Sequence record: MN101221.1
Length of the DNA stretch: 64,000 nucleotides
Source of the DNA: Klebsiella phage KMI7
Reading direction: 5' to 3' (one strand)
Shown: piece by piece, positions 38,221 to 48,239 of the stretch
How the letters are laid out: the number at the start of each line of letters is the position of its first letter
Numbering within the stretch: the stretch's first letter is position 1
Made by a program: the position numbers and the translations under genes
Notes under the pieces: model-generated
Database searches by the model: none
The model's input: the letters and a program-made list of their open reading frames with translations, nothing else
What the model was told of the DNA's origin: nothing

Positions 38221-38243
38221 ACAAAAAAGCCCCTTTCGGGGCT
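38221..38243 (-). terminator. rho-independent terminator (AGCCCC-GAAA-GGGGCT + U6)
   Basis: Hairpin and T-run on minus strand after 38250..38504. Confidence 0.65.
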
Positions 38244-38249
38244 TAATTT

Positions 38250-38504
38250 TTATGCGTTATTGATGAGATACCGAAGAACGTTTTTCGCTTGTTCCTCATT
38301 ACAACCAACTTTGAAACCAGGTTCGATAGGGAGGAAGTTCCAGAGGAAATCAACACTTCCTTCAACGTCATCTTTGCCTTTTTCCAGCATCGCTAACAGT
38401 AAACCTTTGTTTTTGATGCTGTTTACGATTGCGTCAAAATAACCATCGCTGAAATCAACATTCGGGTTCAGCATTTCGTTGTAAGGGTTGTTGAATACGT
38501 TCAT
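38250..38504 (-). CDS. hypothetical protein (84 aa)
   Basis: ORF. Confidence 0.5.
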   Translation of the reverse strand: MNVFNNPYNEMLNPNVDFSDGYFDAIVNSIKNKGLLLAMLEKGKDDVEGSVDFLWNFLPIEPGFKVGCNEEQAKNVLRYLINNA

Positions 38505-38584
38505 TTTGAATCTCCTTTGTTTAACTCAGTATCTTGTCTACGTGAGTTATATTACCACAATGGAGATTCAGGTCAATACCTTTT

Positions 38585-38854
38585 TTACGATTTTTTGAAA
38601 AATTTTTCGTATTTGGCTTTTACCCAGCGATACATATCTTCGGCCTTGTCACTGGAAATCAGTGAGAACAGCAGATAGATCGCAATACCCACCAACACAA
38701 CGCCTACAACAATGTAGACGGGTAATAGAACTGGGAAGAGAACCCAGAACCATGACATTTGCGAGAAGCCGAACACTTTAGCGGCTGCAAAAATCAGAGT
38801 TAGTCCAGTTAGCAGTTTGATAGCCGGAATCGGAATCGTTATAGTCTTAGTCAT
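38585..38854 (-). CDS. hypothetical membrane protein (89 aa)
   Basis: ORF with two TM helices. Confidence 0.5.
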   Translation of the reverse strand: MTKTITIPIPAIKLLTGLTLIFAAAKVFGFSQMSWFWVLFPVLLPVYIVVGVVLVGIAIYLLFSLISSDKAEDMYRWVKAKYEKFFKKS

Positions 38855-38858
38855 TTCA

Positions 38859-39095
38859 TTACCTTACATTTTTTGCAATAAACAGTGTTAAACGCGGGAA
38901 TACGTTTGATAGAATGATCATTCTCAGTACAAAACCACCTACTAACACCAACAGCGGAGAACAAACCAACCACCAGGAAGCAGTAGCCATAACGCCGATT
39001 GCTGCTAATTTTAGGTATACCATCACACCAAACAAAATAATTAATATAAGTTTCATTTTAGATTCCATTGTAGGGGCTTTTTCGCCCCCAGTCAA
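38859..39095 (-). CDS. hypothetical membrane protein (78 aa)
   Basis: ORF with two TM helices. Confidence 0.5.
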   Translation of the reverse strand: MTGGEKAPTMESKMKLILIILFGVMVYLKLAAIGVMATASWWLVCSPLLVLVGGFVLRMIILSNVFPRLTLFIAKNVR

Positions 39096-40532
39096 TTAAA
39101 ATTGAATGTCAGATTTTGCAATCTGTGCCATTTTATCACGTCGGGTAGATTCAGCCTGTTTAATCATCGGGCCTTGTGTCTGTTCTACTGTTTTAGGCAT
39201 AGTGTTGCCGTGGTAGTCAGATTTAAACCCGTATTCGCTGTTGTCGGTATCCATCCAGCGCTGATTACCCTTGCGAACTTCCAACTTGAACTTGTTGAAA
39301 GTGTTCTTATCGCCATAACGGGATTTGATTTGCTTGAACAGTTGCATACCCTGATCAGCTAACTCTTCCGTCTCGATTACAGCTAACATAAAATCAGCCG
39401 TAGCAGGTAAACCAGCGGATTCCGCAACATCACCCATACTCACATCCGAACTATCCCATGCAGAACGACCAACCTGTGCGCCTGTCCACATTACGGTATT
39501 AGTTTCAACAGCAAGACCGCGTAGTTCTTCGGCAATTGCTTTAACCAGAATATAGGTATTCTCAGCACCTTTAACACGGGTTGAAGTACAGATCCCCAGG
39601 TAATCGACAATGATCACATCCGGAACAAACTGTTTCTTCAATTTAAGCTCTTTCACAAGCGCTCTAAAGTGGTTTGCACCTGCACCCGATGTAGGGTACT
39701 GCTTAACCACCAAACGCCCAACCTTACCCGCTTTAAGGCGCTCCATTTTGTTCTTATAGTCTGCGTATGTAATGTTCCCTTCGTCGATGTCATCCATAGT
39801 CACATCAAGAAGGTTAGCATCGATACGCTTAGAGCAAACATGCTCTGCCATTTCCATAGAAATGTAAAGAACGTTTTTACCCTGTTGCAGATAATCAGCC
39901 GCAAGAGAACATAAGCCCAGTGATTTACCAACGTTAACACCAGCCATGATGATATTCAGTGTACCACGTTCCGCGCCGCCTTTGGTGATTGCGTTCAGGA
40001 TCGGGATACCAAACGGAATTTTCATCGCCTTCGATTGGTAAAGCATCCACCGTTTTTCATAATCTTCGAAATAGTCATGACCTACTGAACTATCGAATGA
40101 AATTGCTAATGCTTCCTCCATGATTTCAGGGATAGCCCCAACACCAGGAAGTTTCTTGTTCTGTTCTGTCAGTGGTTTTTCTGCGTTCGCCTGGATCTCA
40201 ATTGCGCGAGAAAGAGCACGATACATTGCTTTGTCTTTGCAATATGTTTCCGTTTCCTTCATTAGCCAATCTAAATCTTCTGGCGCATTTTTCAGCGACT
40301 GAATCGCCTTTTTCGTGTCTTCGTAGACTACATCACTTAGATTTCGTTTGTCAAGCGCAACCTCTAAAGCAGTTTTTGACGGAATGCCGTTGAATTCCTG
40401 TACATGTTTATCAATGAGGTCAAACAAAACTTGCGCATTGCCTTCGAAATATTCCTTTTTCAGATGGGGCCATGCTTGGACAAAATATGTCCCGTTATAA
40501 ATCAGGTTAGAAAATATTGTATCAACGATCAT
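39096..40532 (-). CDS. 41: Replicative DNA helicase gp41 (DnaB family)
   Basis: Aligns with T4 gp41 end to end (GAERGTLNIIMAGVNVGKSLGLCSLAADYLQ.., AESAGLPATADFMLAVIETEEL, IKSRYGDKN). Confidence 0.95.
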   Translation of the reverse strand: MIVDTIFSNLIYNGTYFVQAWPHLKKEYFEGNAQVLFDLIDKHVQEFNGIPSKTALEVALDKRNLSDVVYEDTKKAIQSLKNAPEDLDWLMKETETYCKDKAMYRALSRAIEIQANAEKPLTEQNKKLPGVGAIPEIMEEALAISFDSSVGHDYFEDYEKRWMLYQSKAMKIPFGIPILNAITKGGAERGTLNIIMAGVNVGKSLGLCSLAADYLQQGKNVLYISMEMAEHVCSKRIDANLLDVTMDDIDEGNITYADYKNKMERLKAGKVGRLVVKQYPTSGAGANHFRALVKELKLKKQFVPDVIIVDYLGICTSTRVKGAENTYILVKAIAEELRGLAVETNTVMWTGAQVGRSAWDSSDVSMGDVAESAGLPATADFMLAVIETEELADQGMQLFKQIKSRYGDKNTFNKFKLEVRKGNQRWMDTDNSEYGFKSDYHGNTMPKTVEQTQGPMIKQAESTRRDKMAQIAKSDIQF

Positions 40533-40541
40533 TGTATTGCC

Positions 40542-40862
40542 TTATACCAGGTTGCTGAACATCATGAAAAAGTTGTAAACCTTTTGTTTGAATACATCCC
40601 ATAATGTCAGTTTAGGCTTTGGGACAACTGAACCCTTTTCAAGCTCTTTAATCTGTGCATAAATTGCATCATGCACCAGCGGGATCAACGCTTCTTTGTC
40701 TTCGTCTGGGGTACTGAATTCTACTTTCAGCCCATGATCCCAAAACACCTTATGAATATAAACCAGATGCGCAACACCTTTTTCATCGTTAATCAGAAGT
40801 TCCTGAATAACATCTTTCATCGCTTCATCAATATAATTCTTTGCTTTGCTCTCGATATCCAT
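40542..40862 (-). CDS. hypothetical protein (106 aa) in the gene-40 position
   Basis: ORF between uvsX and 41; hydrophobic C-terminus. Confidence 0.5.
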   Translation of the reverse strand: MDIESKAKNYIDEAMKDVIQELLINDEKGVAHLVYIHKVFWDHGLKVEFSTPDEDKEALIPLVHDAIYAQIKELEKGSVVPKPKLTLWDVFKQKVYNFFMMFSNLV

Positions 40863-40898
40863 ACATTGCCTCGGTTATGGGGCCGAAGCCCCATATTT

Positions 40899-42056
40899 TT
40901 ATAAAATTTCGTCGTTTTCTTCGATATCATCAAATGATTCTGGGATATCGTCATCATCCAGATCAGGATCTGGGATGCTATCAGTGCTGTATAAATCTTC
41001 CAGCGCGGAACCATCGCTGATTTCACGATCTGGGATCTTATACTTTTCTTCGATAGCTTTCAAGAATGGTTGATGAGTAAACAGAGGACGCCAGAATTCA
41101 ACGCTATTTGTTTCTGACTCACGCCATTTCTTTTCTTCAACTTCGAGTTCGCCAGTCTCAGTATTCAGGAAAGCGCGGTTGCGCCATCCTTTGGTTACGG
41201 TCTGTACAAAGTTCATTTCCATTGCCAGATCCAAAAGGCCAGAATACATACTAATACCGCCTTCATAGGTAACATGCAGCGGGAATTTTGATTTCTCTTT
41301 CACGAATCGAGATTTTTCGATGTTCATGATGAAATCATAACCCACTACCTCAGTACCTTCTTTCACCTGTTGTTTACCCAGGATGATCGCAGTATCAGCG
41401 GAATACATTAAACCAGTACCACCGGAAATAACTTTCTTGCTGTACATTTCTTGTGTGTCATAGGTATGACAGATACAAACCATCGGGATATCCAGGTCAG
41501 CCAGATAAGGCGTAACCATACGGAACATACCTTTTAATGCTTTTGCTCGCGTCATATCCTGTTTATCGTTATCAGACAGCGCGTCAGCAAGTTCTTTTTT
41601 ACTTGCCGTGTTGCCTACTGAGTCAACGAATACAATCACCTTATCACCGCGTTCAAGCGCGTTAAGCTGGCTTACAACGTCATTACGCAACTGCTCGACC
41701 GTCGTGATACGAGTATACACAACACGATCCGGATCAACACCCATTGATTTCAGATAGGATTTAGTAACACCTTTTTCTGAATCGTAGAACAGGCACACAG
41801 CATCTTCATACGTTTTGAGATAAGCCGCTACAGTCAGCAAACCTAAGTTGGATTTGAAGTGTTTGGACGGGCCAGCGAAAAGGGTAAGACCAGAAGTTAG
41901 GCCACCGTTAAACGCACCGGACAACGCCAGATTCAGAATCGGCACACGGGTTCGCGTGATGGTAATATTGTTGAATACGTCGCTTTCAGAAAGTACAGAT
42001 GCAGTTTGGCTATTCGAGTTTTTGATCAGTTTTTTTAGTAGTGCTTTGTTTGACAT
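40899..42056 (-). CDS. uvsX: Recombinase UvsX (RecA/Rad51 family)
   Basis: Aligns with T4 UvsX (GPSKHFKSNLGL.., VIVFVDSVGNTASKKE, MVCICHTYDTQEMYSKKVISGGTG, KSRFVKEKSKF). Confidence 0.95.
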   Translation of the reverse strand: MSNKALLKKLIKNSNSQTASVLSESDVFNNITITRTRVPILNLALSGAFNGGLTSGLTLFAGPSKHFKSNLGLLTVAAYLKTYEDAVCLFYDSEKGVTKSYLKSMGVDPDRVVYTRITTVEQLRNDVVSQLNALERGDKVIVFVDSVGNTASKKELADALSDNDKQDMTRAKALKGMFRMVTPYLADLDIPMVCICHTYDTQEMYSKKVISGGTGLMYSADTAIILGKQQVKEGTEVVGYDFIMNIEKSRFVKEKSKFPLHVTYEGGISMYSGLLDLAMEMNFVQTVTKGWRNRAFLNTETGELEVEEKKWRESETNSVEFWRPLFTHQPFLKAIEEKYKIPDREISDGSALEDLYSTDSIPDPDLDDDDIPESFDDIEENDEIL

Positions 42057-42130
42057 TTAATTTTTCCGATTTATTCATTGTCATTCTATATATCTCACTA
42101 GTTAATGAAAGGGGCCGAAGCCCCTAGAGT

Positions 42131-44830
42131 TTACCAGTCACCAAACAGGTCGTTTAAACTGGCACGTTTTTCATAATCAATTTTACATACTTCTGTGATG
42201 TTAGTCAATGGACTAATAACATGTTTTTCAAACATACCCGGATAATCTACCCATGCGAGAATATCACTTTCGATCTCTGCTGGTAGTCTATTTCCGGATT
42301 GCCACGCGATGCAATCAGCTTGCCACGGGTTTTTATCCCTTAGTGGTAGAACCATTACCTTTTCACCTTCCATGATTGGCGTAACACCATCAATACAAGC
42401 AGTGAAACGGTTAAAGAACAGCACCCCTTTAATATGGTTTGGTGTTCCTTTTATTGGATATCCAGCCCCATCACGATATTTCGAAATGTTGTTGGCAGAT
42501 GATACACCAGCAATTTCCCTGTAGTCAAGTGCCTTATATTCTTCTTCGAACTTTTTATAATGTTCGTGCAAAGATAATTCACCTTCTTGCAGGATACGGC
42601 GGATCGCTTCTTTCAGGAATACTTTCACAGAGGTCGGAGTACTCGATCGCTGTGTTTCCATACCCATGATTTTCAATTTCGGTTTTTCATAGCGGGTTCC
42701 TTCGGAGTCCCACACGTTAGCCGCATATCGTTTTTTAGCAGTCCAGAAACTTCCCAACCCTTCGGAACCCAACGGAGGCCCAGAAATGATTTCACGATCC
42801 ATAAACATCAGGTGTTCCACGTTGTTCATGTATTCGCAAAGTTCACGATACCCTTTATCGATCATCGGTTCCATTCTTTCTTTAGCAAAGCGATCCAGGA
42901 AGTCAACCCAATGGTTATTATCCTTAAATTTAGCCTCACCGCCAACTTTTGCAATCACATTATCCATGCAAACATAAATGGAGTCAGTATCACAGTATCG
43001 AACGTATGCATGATCCGTAGTACCGCACAGGTCGTTAAGGTATTCGTTTACCTTACGTTCAATCCACTGGATAGCCAACTGCCCGAACATGGTGATCGCG
43101 CTGGCGTTTCGTAGATCGAAGTATCGGAAGTGTTCATTACCCAACGCACCATAAAGGGAGTTGATAGAAATCTTACGGTTAAGCTGTGCGGTGTTCGCTT
43201 GTGCGATCTTCTTCTCACACACGCGCTTAACTGCTTTAAGCATTTGTTTAGTAAGAGTTTTCAGAACTGCTTTCGATTCATCACTGAAATCTGTATAGAA
43301 ATCAAAATCAGGATCAACCATTTGGTTATGCGCGTCCGTTAAGTGTTCGAGTTCATGCTTGATGAGTTCAAGATTTCGCTCACCCGCCATCATTCGTTTT
43401 TTCCACATCTTACGCTGATCAAATACTTTCTTGATCTCTACTGGGATCACGCCTTTGATATCACGGCGGAACATCCACCCGTTAGGAGAACAGCTAAATT
43501 CATCGCTAGGGCGCGGCGCGGTCTTATTAATATACTCTTCAAGAGCACGTACCGCAAAACTTCCCATAATCGTTTCAGGGCTTATATTCACCTGTCGGAT
43601 GATGGAAGGGTACAGGCTTGTTAAGTCGAACGATACCATGTATTTGTAAGGCCCAGGAACAGGATCCTTCACAAATGCCCCAGGGTAAGGGGTTTTAGTA
43701 TGGCGTCTGTTTTCCGGAATAACAACCTTATCTTCACGCAGAGAGTTATAAATGATCGCGTCCCACGTTTTCAGTGGAGACATAACCCCAGGGAAGTTAA
43801 TTTTTGCATAGTACGCTACAGACAGAACCAGTTCAATAAAGTTTCGTTTACCATCGATATCAAGTACACGGATAACGTCAACAATGTTGTACGTGATGTA
43901 CAGTTGGTGATCTCGCTGTCGTAGTTCAGACAGGGAACCTTCATACTCAACTTTATTTTTACCAGTTTCGTATTCCGCGATCGCGTCCAGGCGGTAAGAT
44001 GGTTGCGGGGTAAAACTGAATTTCTTATACAGTGCCATACCATCCATTTGAGCAACGCCGGAAATGTCATATCCTAACTGTTCGTTGCCGTAAGCGTCGG
44101 TAGTGGTTCTGGCGGTTACTTTACCAAATGGGCTAAAATGCCTTACTACGTTTTGACCGAAAATGTTCAGGTATCGCGTGATGATATATGCAATATCGAA
44201 TTTGTCAGAGTTCCATCCGGTTACAATAACAGGGGTTCGCTCTTTCCAATCTTTGATATACGCAGACAATAACGACTTCTCGGTCTGGAAAGACCGATAA
44301 ACAATTTTGTTTAAATCTTCTTCGCTAATATCTTTTCGGTCAACGTTTGCCGCGCACCATTCAGCAAGACAACCCTCAACCAGATCGTATACATAGAATT
44401 TATCTTCGATGCTATCGTAATGGGTTATCGCATCGATTGGATATTTTGCTTCACGTGGATCCGGAAATTCTGGGGCGGTCACCTCGATATCGAGAGAAGC
44501 AATACGAATATGTTCGCGGTTGTATTCAATTTCATTCCGGTACATGTCAGAAATGTAAGCCAGTCGGTAATCATCCATACCTAGCGCTTCCATCCCAACA
44601 TCGCGCATACGTTGCATCCAGTTTTTAGCTTCTTTGATGCTGTCAAACTGTTTTTTGAGGCAAGGCTTGCCGTAAATGTCTTTGTAGGGGGTTTCTACGC
44701 CATTCATAGCGTGTTGATACATTACGGGCGCATATTTCGTCTTACGTACCTGTTCGGTGCCGTTAGAGTCAACGAAGCGCTCATAAATGGTATCTCCCAT
44801 TTGTTCAACTGATAGGTAAAATTCATTCAT
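42131..44830 (-). CDS. 43: DNA polymerase gp43 (family B, with 3'-5' exonuclease)
   Basis: 899 aa; exo motifs FDIE/YNIVDV, pol motifs SLYPSII, KISINSLYGALG, YCDTDS; colinear with T4 gp43. Confidence 0.95.
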   Translation of the reverse strand: MNEFYLSVEQMGDTIYERFVDSNGTEQVRKTKYAPVMYQHAMNGVETPYKDIYGKPCLKKQFDSIKEAKNWMQRMRDVGMEALGMDDYRLAYISDMYRNEIEYNREHIRIASLDIEVTAPEFPDPREAKYPIDAITHYDSIEDKFYVYDLVEGCLAEWCAANVDRKDISEEDLNKIVYRSFQTEKSLLSAYIKDWKERTPVIVTGWNSDKFDIAYIITRYLNIFGQNVVRHFSPFGKVTARTTTDAYGNEQLGYDISGVAQMDGMALYKKFSFTPQPSYRLDAIAEYETGKNKVEYEGSLSELRQRDHQLYITYNIVDVIRVLDIDGKRNFIELVLSVAYYAKINFPGVMSPLKTWDAIIYNSLREDKVVIPENRRHTKTPYPGAFVKDPVPGPYKYMVSFDLTSLYPSIIRQVNISPETIMGSFAVRALEEYINKTAPRPSDEFSCSPNGWMFRRDIKGVIPVEIKKVFDQRKMWKKRMMAGERNLELIKHELEHLTDAHNQMVDPDFDFYTDFSDESKAVLKTLTKQMLKAVKRVCEKKIAQANTAQLNRKISINSLYGALGNEHFRYFDLRNASAITMFGQLAIQWIERKVNEYLNDLCGTTDHAYVRYCDTDSIYVCMDNVIAKVGGEAKFKDNNHWVDFLDRFAKERMEPMIDKGYRELCEYMNNVEHLMFMDREIISGPPLGSEGLGSFWTAKKRYAANVWDSEGTRYEKPKLKIMGMETQRSSTPTSVKVFLKEAIRRILQEGELSLHEHYKKFEEEYKALDYREIAGVSSANNISKYRDGAGYPIKGTPNHIKGVLFFNRFTACIDGVTPIMEGEKVMVLPLRDKNPWQADCIAWQSGNRLPAEIESDILAWVDYPGMFEKHVISPLTNITEVCKIDYEKRASLNDLFGDW

Positions 44831-44876
44831 TGGATCTTGTCTTCTCCATTAATATAATGTTCCATTGTAACACCAC

Positions 44877-45206
44877 CTACAGCAAATTCAAGTTTACTCG
44901 ATGTTCTAAAACCAATAACCCTTCTGCTAACAAGTCACGGATCTTTCTCAGTTGAACAAGCTGGCGTTCAAGTTTAAACCCGTCGAATAACATGCTAAAA
45001 ATACTGGAATTGATACTATGATATTTTGCTTCTGCAATGCCCTGGTTAACCATCATGATAGCTTTGTTAACCAGTAGTTTCCTTTCCGTTACTGTATGTT
45101 CATCCAGTTGACAGGTTGCAAGGGAAACCAGATCATCATAAGCACGTTGATCAATAACGTTATCCATACGGGCCGCGAAAATTTTATTCATGTAAGTGCG
45201 GATCAT
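44877..45206 (-). CDS. hypothetical protein (109 aa)
   Basis: ORF between 43 and regA. Confidence 0.5.
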   Translation of the reverse strand: MIRTYMNKIFAARMDNVIDQRAYDDLVSLATCQLDEHTVTERKLLVNKAIMMVNQGIAEAKYHSINSSIFSMLFDGFKLERQLVQLRKIRDLLAEGLLVLEHRVNLNLL

Positions 45207-45490
45207 TGCGCGTCCTCCATTCTTTTCATAAAGACTTCTTTTGCTTGTTGGATCAAGTCCAGAGATTTTTTAATACGCTCATAGAAATGAGTGGTTTCAA
45301 CTTGATTGCATAACAACGTGTACTCTGAAATGTTACGATCGTAAAATCCAGGAAAGTAATGTTGTGCATAGCTGTAAGTGCGGGTATCTGACAGATTGCA
45401 AGTTAACGATAACAAGATGTCATCTTTTACAATCGGGATGATCAAAGTTTCGTTGGATTTGATTGAATCCATGATTTCGTTAATAGTCAT
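45203..45490 (-). CDS. hypothetical protein (95 aa)
   Basis: ORF, ATGA coupling; preceded by cassette copy 5. Confidence 0.5.
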   Translation of the reverse strand: MTINEIMDSIKSNETLIIPIVKDDILLSLTCNLSDTRTYSYAQHYFPGFYDRNISEYTLLCNQVETTHFYERIKKSLDLIQQAKEVFMKRMEDAQ

Positions 45491-45558
45491 AATATATCCC
45501 TCTCAATGGTGTACACCCAATATAACAAAGCCCCTGCACGAATGCAAGGGCTTTTTGA
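45491..45558 (-). promoter_or_regulatory. Hairpin/early-promoter cassette copy 5 (UUCG-loop stem with TTGCAT -35, TATATT -10)
   Basis: aaagcccTTGCATtcgtgcaggggctttgtTATATTgggtgtacaccattGAGAGGgatatatt ATG on minus strand. Confidence 0.65.
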
Positions 45559-45921
45559 TTAGTGACCGATCCGGTACTTGTACTTGAGGATCCAATCTGC
45601 TTTTTGCGAGTGAGTCAGTACGCGGAAGTTGTTTTCTTCTGCAAACTTCAACCCAGGGGTTACGATCTTAACCATGCCCCACTCTTCGAGAAGTCGCGCA
45701 ATGTTGTTCCGGCGTAGTTCGTCTTCTTCCGTCATATCGACTTGACGACCATCGAGTTTCAACAGTTCTTTAAAATGCACGATAAAATACTTACCTTGCT
45801 TTTTCAGAATGTGACACGATTGCCAGAGCATTTTCTTTTTGTTGTTTGCAATACCAATACGGGTTAGCGTTTCACGGATCTTTAAAAAAGAATCGTCGCT
45901 GATTAGTTGAATTTCTAACAT
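45559..45921 (-). CDS. regA: Translational repressor RegA
   Basis: MLEIQLISDDSFLKIRETLTRIGIANNKKKMLWQSCHILKKQGKYFIVHFKELLKLDGRQV.. nearly colinear with T4 RegA. Confidence 0.95.
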   Translation of the reverse strand: MLEIQLISDDSFLKIRETLTRIGIANNKKKMLWQSCHILKKQGKYFIVHFKELLKLDGRQVDMTEEDELRRNNIARLLEEWGMVKIVTPGLKFAEENNFRVLTHSQKADWILKYKYRIGH

Positions 45922-45924
45922 ACA

Positions 45925-46488
45925 TCACCATTGTTTAATCAATTTTTCCAATTTCTTTTGTTCAGCTTTGTTTTTCACAATACCCAACAAAGACAGAGCG
46001 ACCTTTGCGTGTTTTCTTTTCCAATCCTCGAACATTCCGAGGTCTTTAAGTTCCTGCAAATATTCCATCGCTGTACGTGTATTTACACTGTATTTTTCGC
46101 GAAGGATTTCGATAATAATTTTCTCTTCAAAATCTTCCGATAGTTTAGCCCATGCACCGAAGCGTTTAGCCTTCCTAACAGAGTTGAGATAATAGTTATA
46201 GTGCATTTGGTCAGAGATACTACCGCCTACCAGATTCATCACATACGCGTTGTATATCGTGTCTATGTGCTGGCTCATTGCGTTGTCTACAAAGTACTTA
46301 TCATACACTTCATCGATAACCAACGGCGTTTTGCCGTTGTTGATTTCGTCTATGATGTTAAACAAGGTGTTTTCTTTATCCTTGCCGTACTCTTTGACCA
46401 GTTCTTCAACCTTATCCCAATCTTTAGAAAGCCAAGCGGATTCATGCGGGGATAACTCTTCTTCATCCAGAAATTCCGCCAGGCTCAT
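45925..46488 (-). CDS. 62: Clamp loader small subunit gp62
   Basis: 187 aa; aligns with T4 gp62 (NYLMAAVPRGKRYGKWAKL.., KLALEW vs KLIKQW). Confidence 0.9.
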   Translation of the reverse strand: MSLAEFLDEEELSPHESAWLSKDWDKVEELVKEYGKDKENTLFNIIDEINNGKTPLVIDEVYDKYFVDNAMSQHIDTIYNAYVMNLVGGSISDQMHYNYYLNSVRKAKRFGAWAKLSEDFEEKIIIEILREKYSVNTRTAMEYLQELKDLGMFEDWKRKHAKVALSLLGIVKNKAEQKKLEKLIKQW

Positions 46489-46490
46489 GA

Positions 46491-47489
46491 TTACGCCTCC
46501 CAGACCATAGAAAGCATCAGGTTCATCAACAGATATTGCAGATGAATTTCTTTATTCATCGCCAGCCCGTATTGCGCGTTGTTTTCGCCTACAATCTGGA
46601 TCAGTGCGATTTTCGAATCCTGATTCACGATAGGGTAAATCGTATCAGTCAATTTTCCGATAAAGGTATCGTATTCTGACGCATATTTAATAACCTCAGA
46701 GCGCAACCCTTTATAGTTCTTTTCTTTCAACAGGGTAATGATATGAGACACATCAGAACCAACGATCTCATTTAGGATCCCCGCATCAATTTCACCACGT
46801 TTCGAGTAGAACCCGATCGCTTTGATAATAGAACGCGCATCCGGATAATGCTCTTTAACAAACGCTGCAATGACTTTAGGATCATACTTGATATTCTCGA
46901 TTTCAAGGATACCGAAACAACGCTTGATTAACTGTTTCATCAGTTCGATACGTTCAGCATCAGACGGAACACCGAATTTAACAGGAGGACAACGAGAAAG
47001 CAGAGCACTATGCACACCGTTAATGTTGTTCGCCGTTACAATAACAGAAACGTTTTTACTGTATGCTTCGATAAAGCTACGCAAGTGTTTCTGTGCTTCC
47101 GCCATACCAGAACGATCGAATTCATCAATGATGATAATCTTTCCGCCCGGTTTCTGCGTCATTGATGAAGCAAAACGATCCAGTTCATTACGAATGAAGT
47201 TTACACCACAGTTCGAACCGTTGACAAAGAACACCTCAGCATCAACCTCACGGGCCAACACAAGCGCGAGGGTCGTTTTACCAGTGCCAGGGGAATCAGA
47301 TACAAGGGTCATGTTCTCAACACGCCCAGATTTGATTATGCCCCGCATAGCGGCTTTGTCACCAGAAGGTAAAATACACTCTTCAATCGTTGTTGGGCGA
47401 TAGCGCTGATCCCATGCAAATTCATCAGGAGATCGGGAGATTTTACCGTATTTGGTTTCGATGATTTCAATATTTTCACTAAGTTCCAT
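46491..47489 (-). CDS. 44: Clamp loader large subunit gp44 (AAA+ ATPase)
   Basis: SPGTGKTT Walker A, IIDEFDRSG Walker B, SRC motif, colinear with T4 gp44. Confidence 0.95.
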   Translation of the reverse strand: MELSENIEIIETKYGKISRSPDEFAWDQRYRPTTIEECILPSGDKAAMRGIIKSGRVENMTLVSDSPGTGKTTLALVLAREVDAEVFFVNGSNCGVNFIRNELDRFASSMTQKPGGKIIIIDEFDRSGMAEAQKHLRSFIEAYSKNVSVIVTANNINGVHSALLSRCPPVKFGVPSDAERIELMKQLIKRCFGILEIENIKYDPKVIAAFVKEHYPDARSIIKAIGFYSKRGEIDAGILNEIVGSDVSHIITLLKEKNYKGLRSEVIKYASEYDTFIGKLTDTIYPIVNQDSKIALIQIVGENNAQYGLAMNKEIHLQYLLMNLMLSMVWEA

Positions 47490-47547
47490 AATATACCTTC
47501 AAAATAAATGGTGTAAAAGAAAGGGGCCGTAGCCCCTTAAAACTATC

Positions 47548-48213
47548 TTACTTGAATGTGCTACTTGCTTCAAGTACGACGACGTAAGCAACGCCGTTAT
47601 CAGAAGAGAATTTTGCGGCCCCTTTTGAGGAAATCTCTACTTTGTAATCGCTGTTGATGAACTGCATGTTATCAATCTTCATATCGAAATTGAAAACATT
47701 GTCACCTTCATACTCACCGACTTCAACGGAGAAAGTTGATTGACTTTCTTTGCTTTTCGCGGTGATGACCAGTTTACCATCAATCGGTTCAACGGACAGG
47801 TCGGTCAGTTTCATCATGCGAGACGCTTTGATCAGTTTTTCGAAATCGTTAGCGGTAATCTGGAAAATCAGATCTGCTACTGGCATCACCAGACGTTTTT
47901 TTGGTTTCGGGATCGTTGTTGCGTCTGCTGAACGTTCGATGATCTTCATCTTATCGCCGCGAATCACGATTTCACCAGTGGAAATATCATGAGTGATTTC
48001 CGCGTCAGTGCCGACGATGTTCAGCATGTTCAGGAATGAGTTGAGATCGTAGATACCAACATCTTCATCAATCACATCAGCAATTTCAGCTTCTGCGTAT
48101 ACAACGCTGTTGATTGATTTCGTCATGATGAATGAACCTTTGGTCAGCATGATCGAAGAGTTGATTTGAGAAAAGTTTTTCAGGATATCAATAGTTTGTT
48201 TAGAGAATTTCAT
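47548..48213 (-). CDS. 45: Sliding clamp gp45
   Basis: MKFSKQTIDILKNFSQINSSIMLTKGSFIMT.. aligns with T4 gp45 (MKLSKDTTALLKNFATINSGIMLKSGQFIMT). Confidence 0.95.
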   Translation of the reverse strand: MKFSKQTIDILKNFSQINSSIMLTKGSFIMTKSINSVVYAEAEIADVIDEDVGIYDLNSFLNMLNIVGTDAEITHDISTGEIVIRGDKMKIIERSADATTIPKPKKRLVMPVADLIFQITANDFEKLIKASRMMKLTDLSVEPIDGKLVITAKSKESQSTFSVEVGEYEGDNVFNFDMKIDNMQFINSDYKVEISSKGAAKFSSDNGVAYVVVLEASSTFK

Positions 48214-48239
48214 ATTCAGCCTTTAGTTTTCAATAAGTG

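Noticed and set aside
42131-44830. Checked DNA polymerase, NrdD fragment and topoisomerase genes for inteins or group I introns
   Set aside because: All are single uninterrupted ORFs of canonical length with contiguous motifs. No insertions seen.
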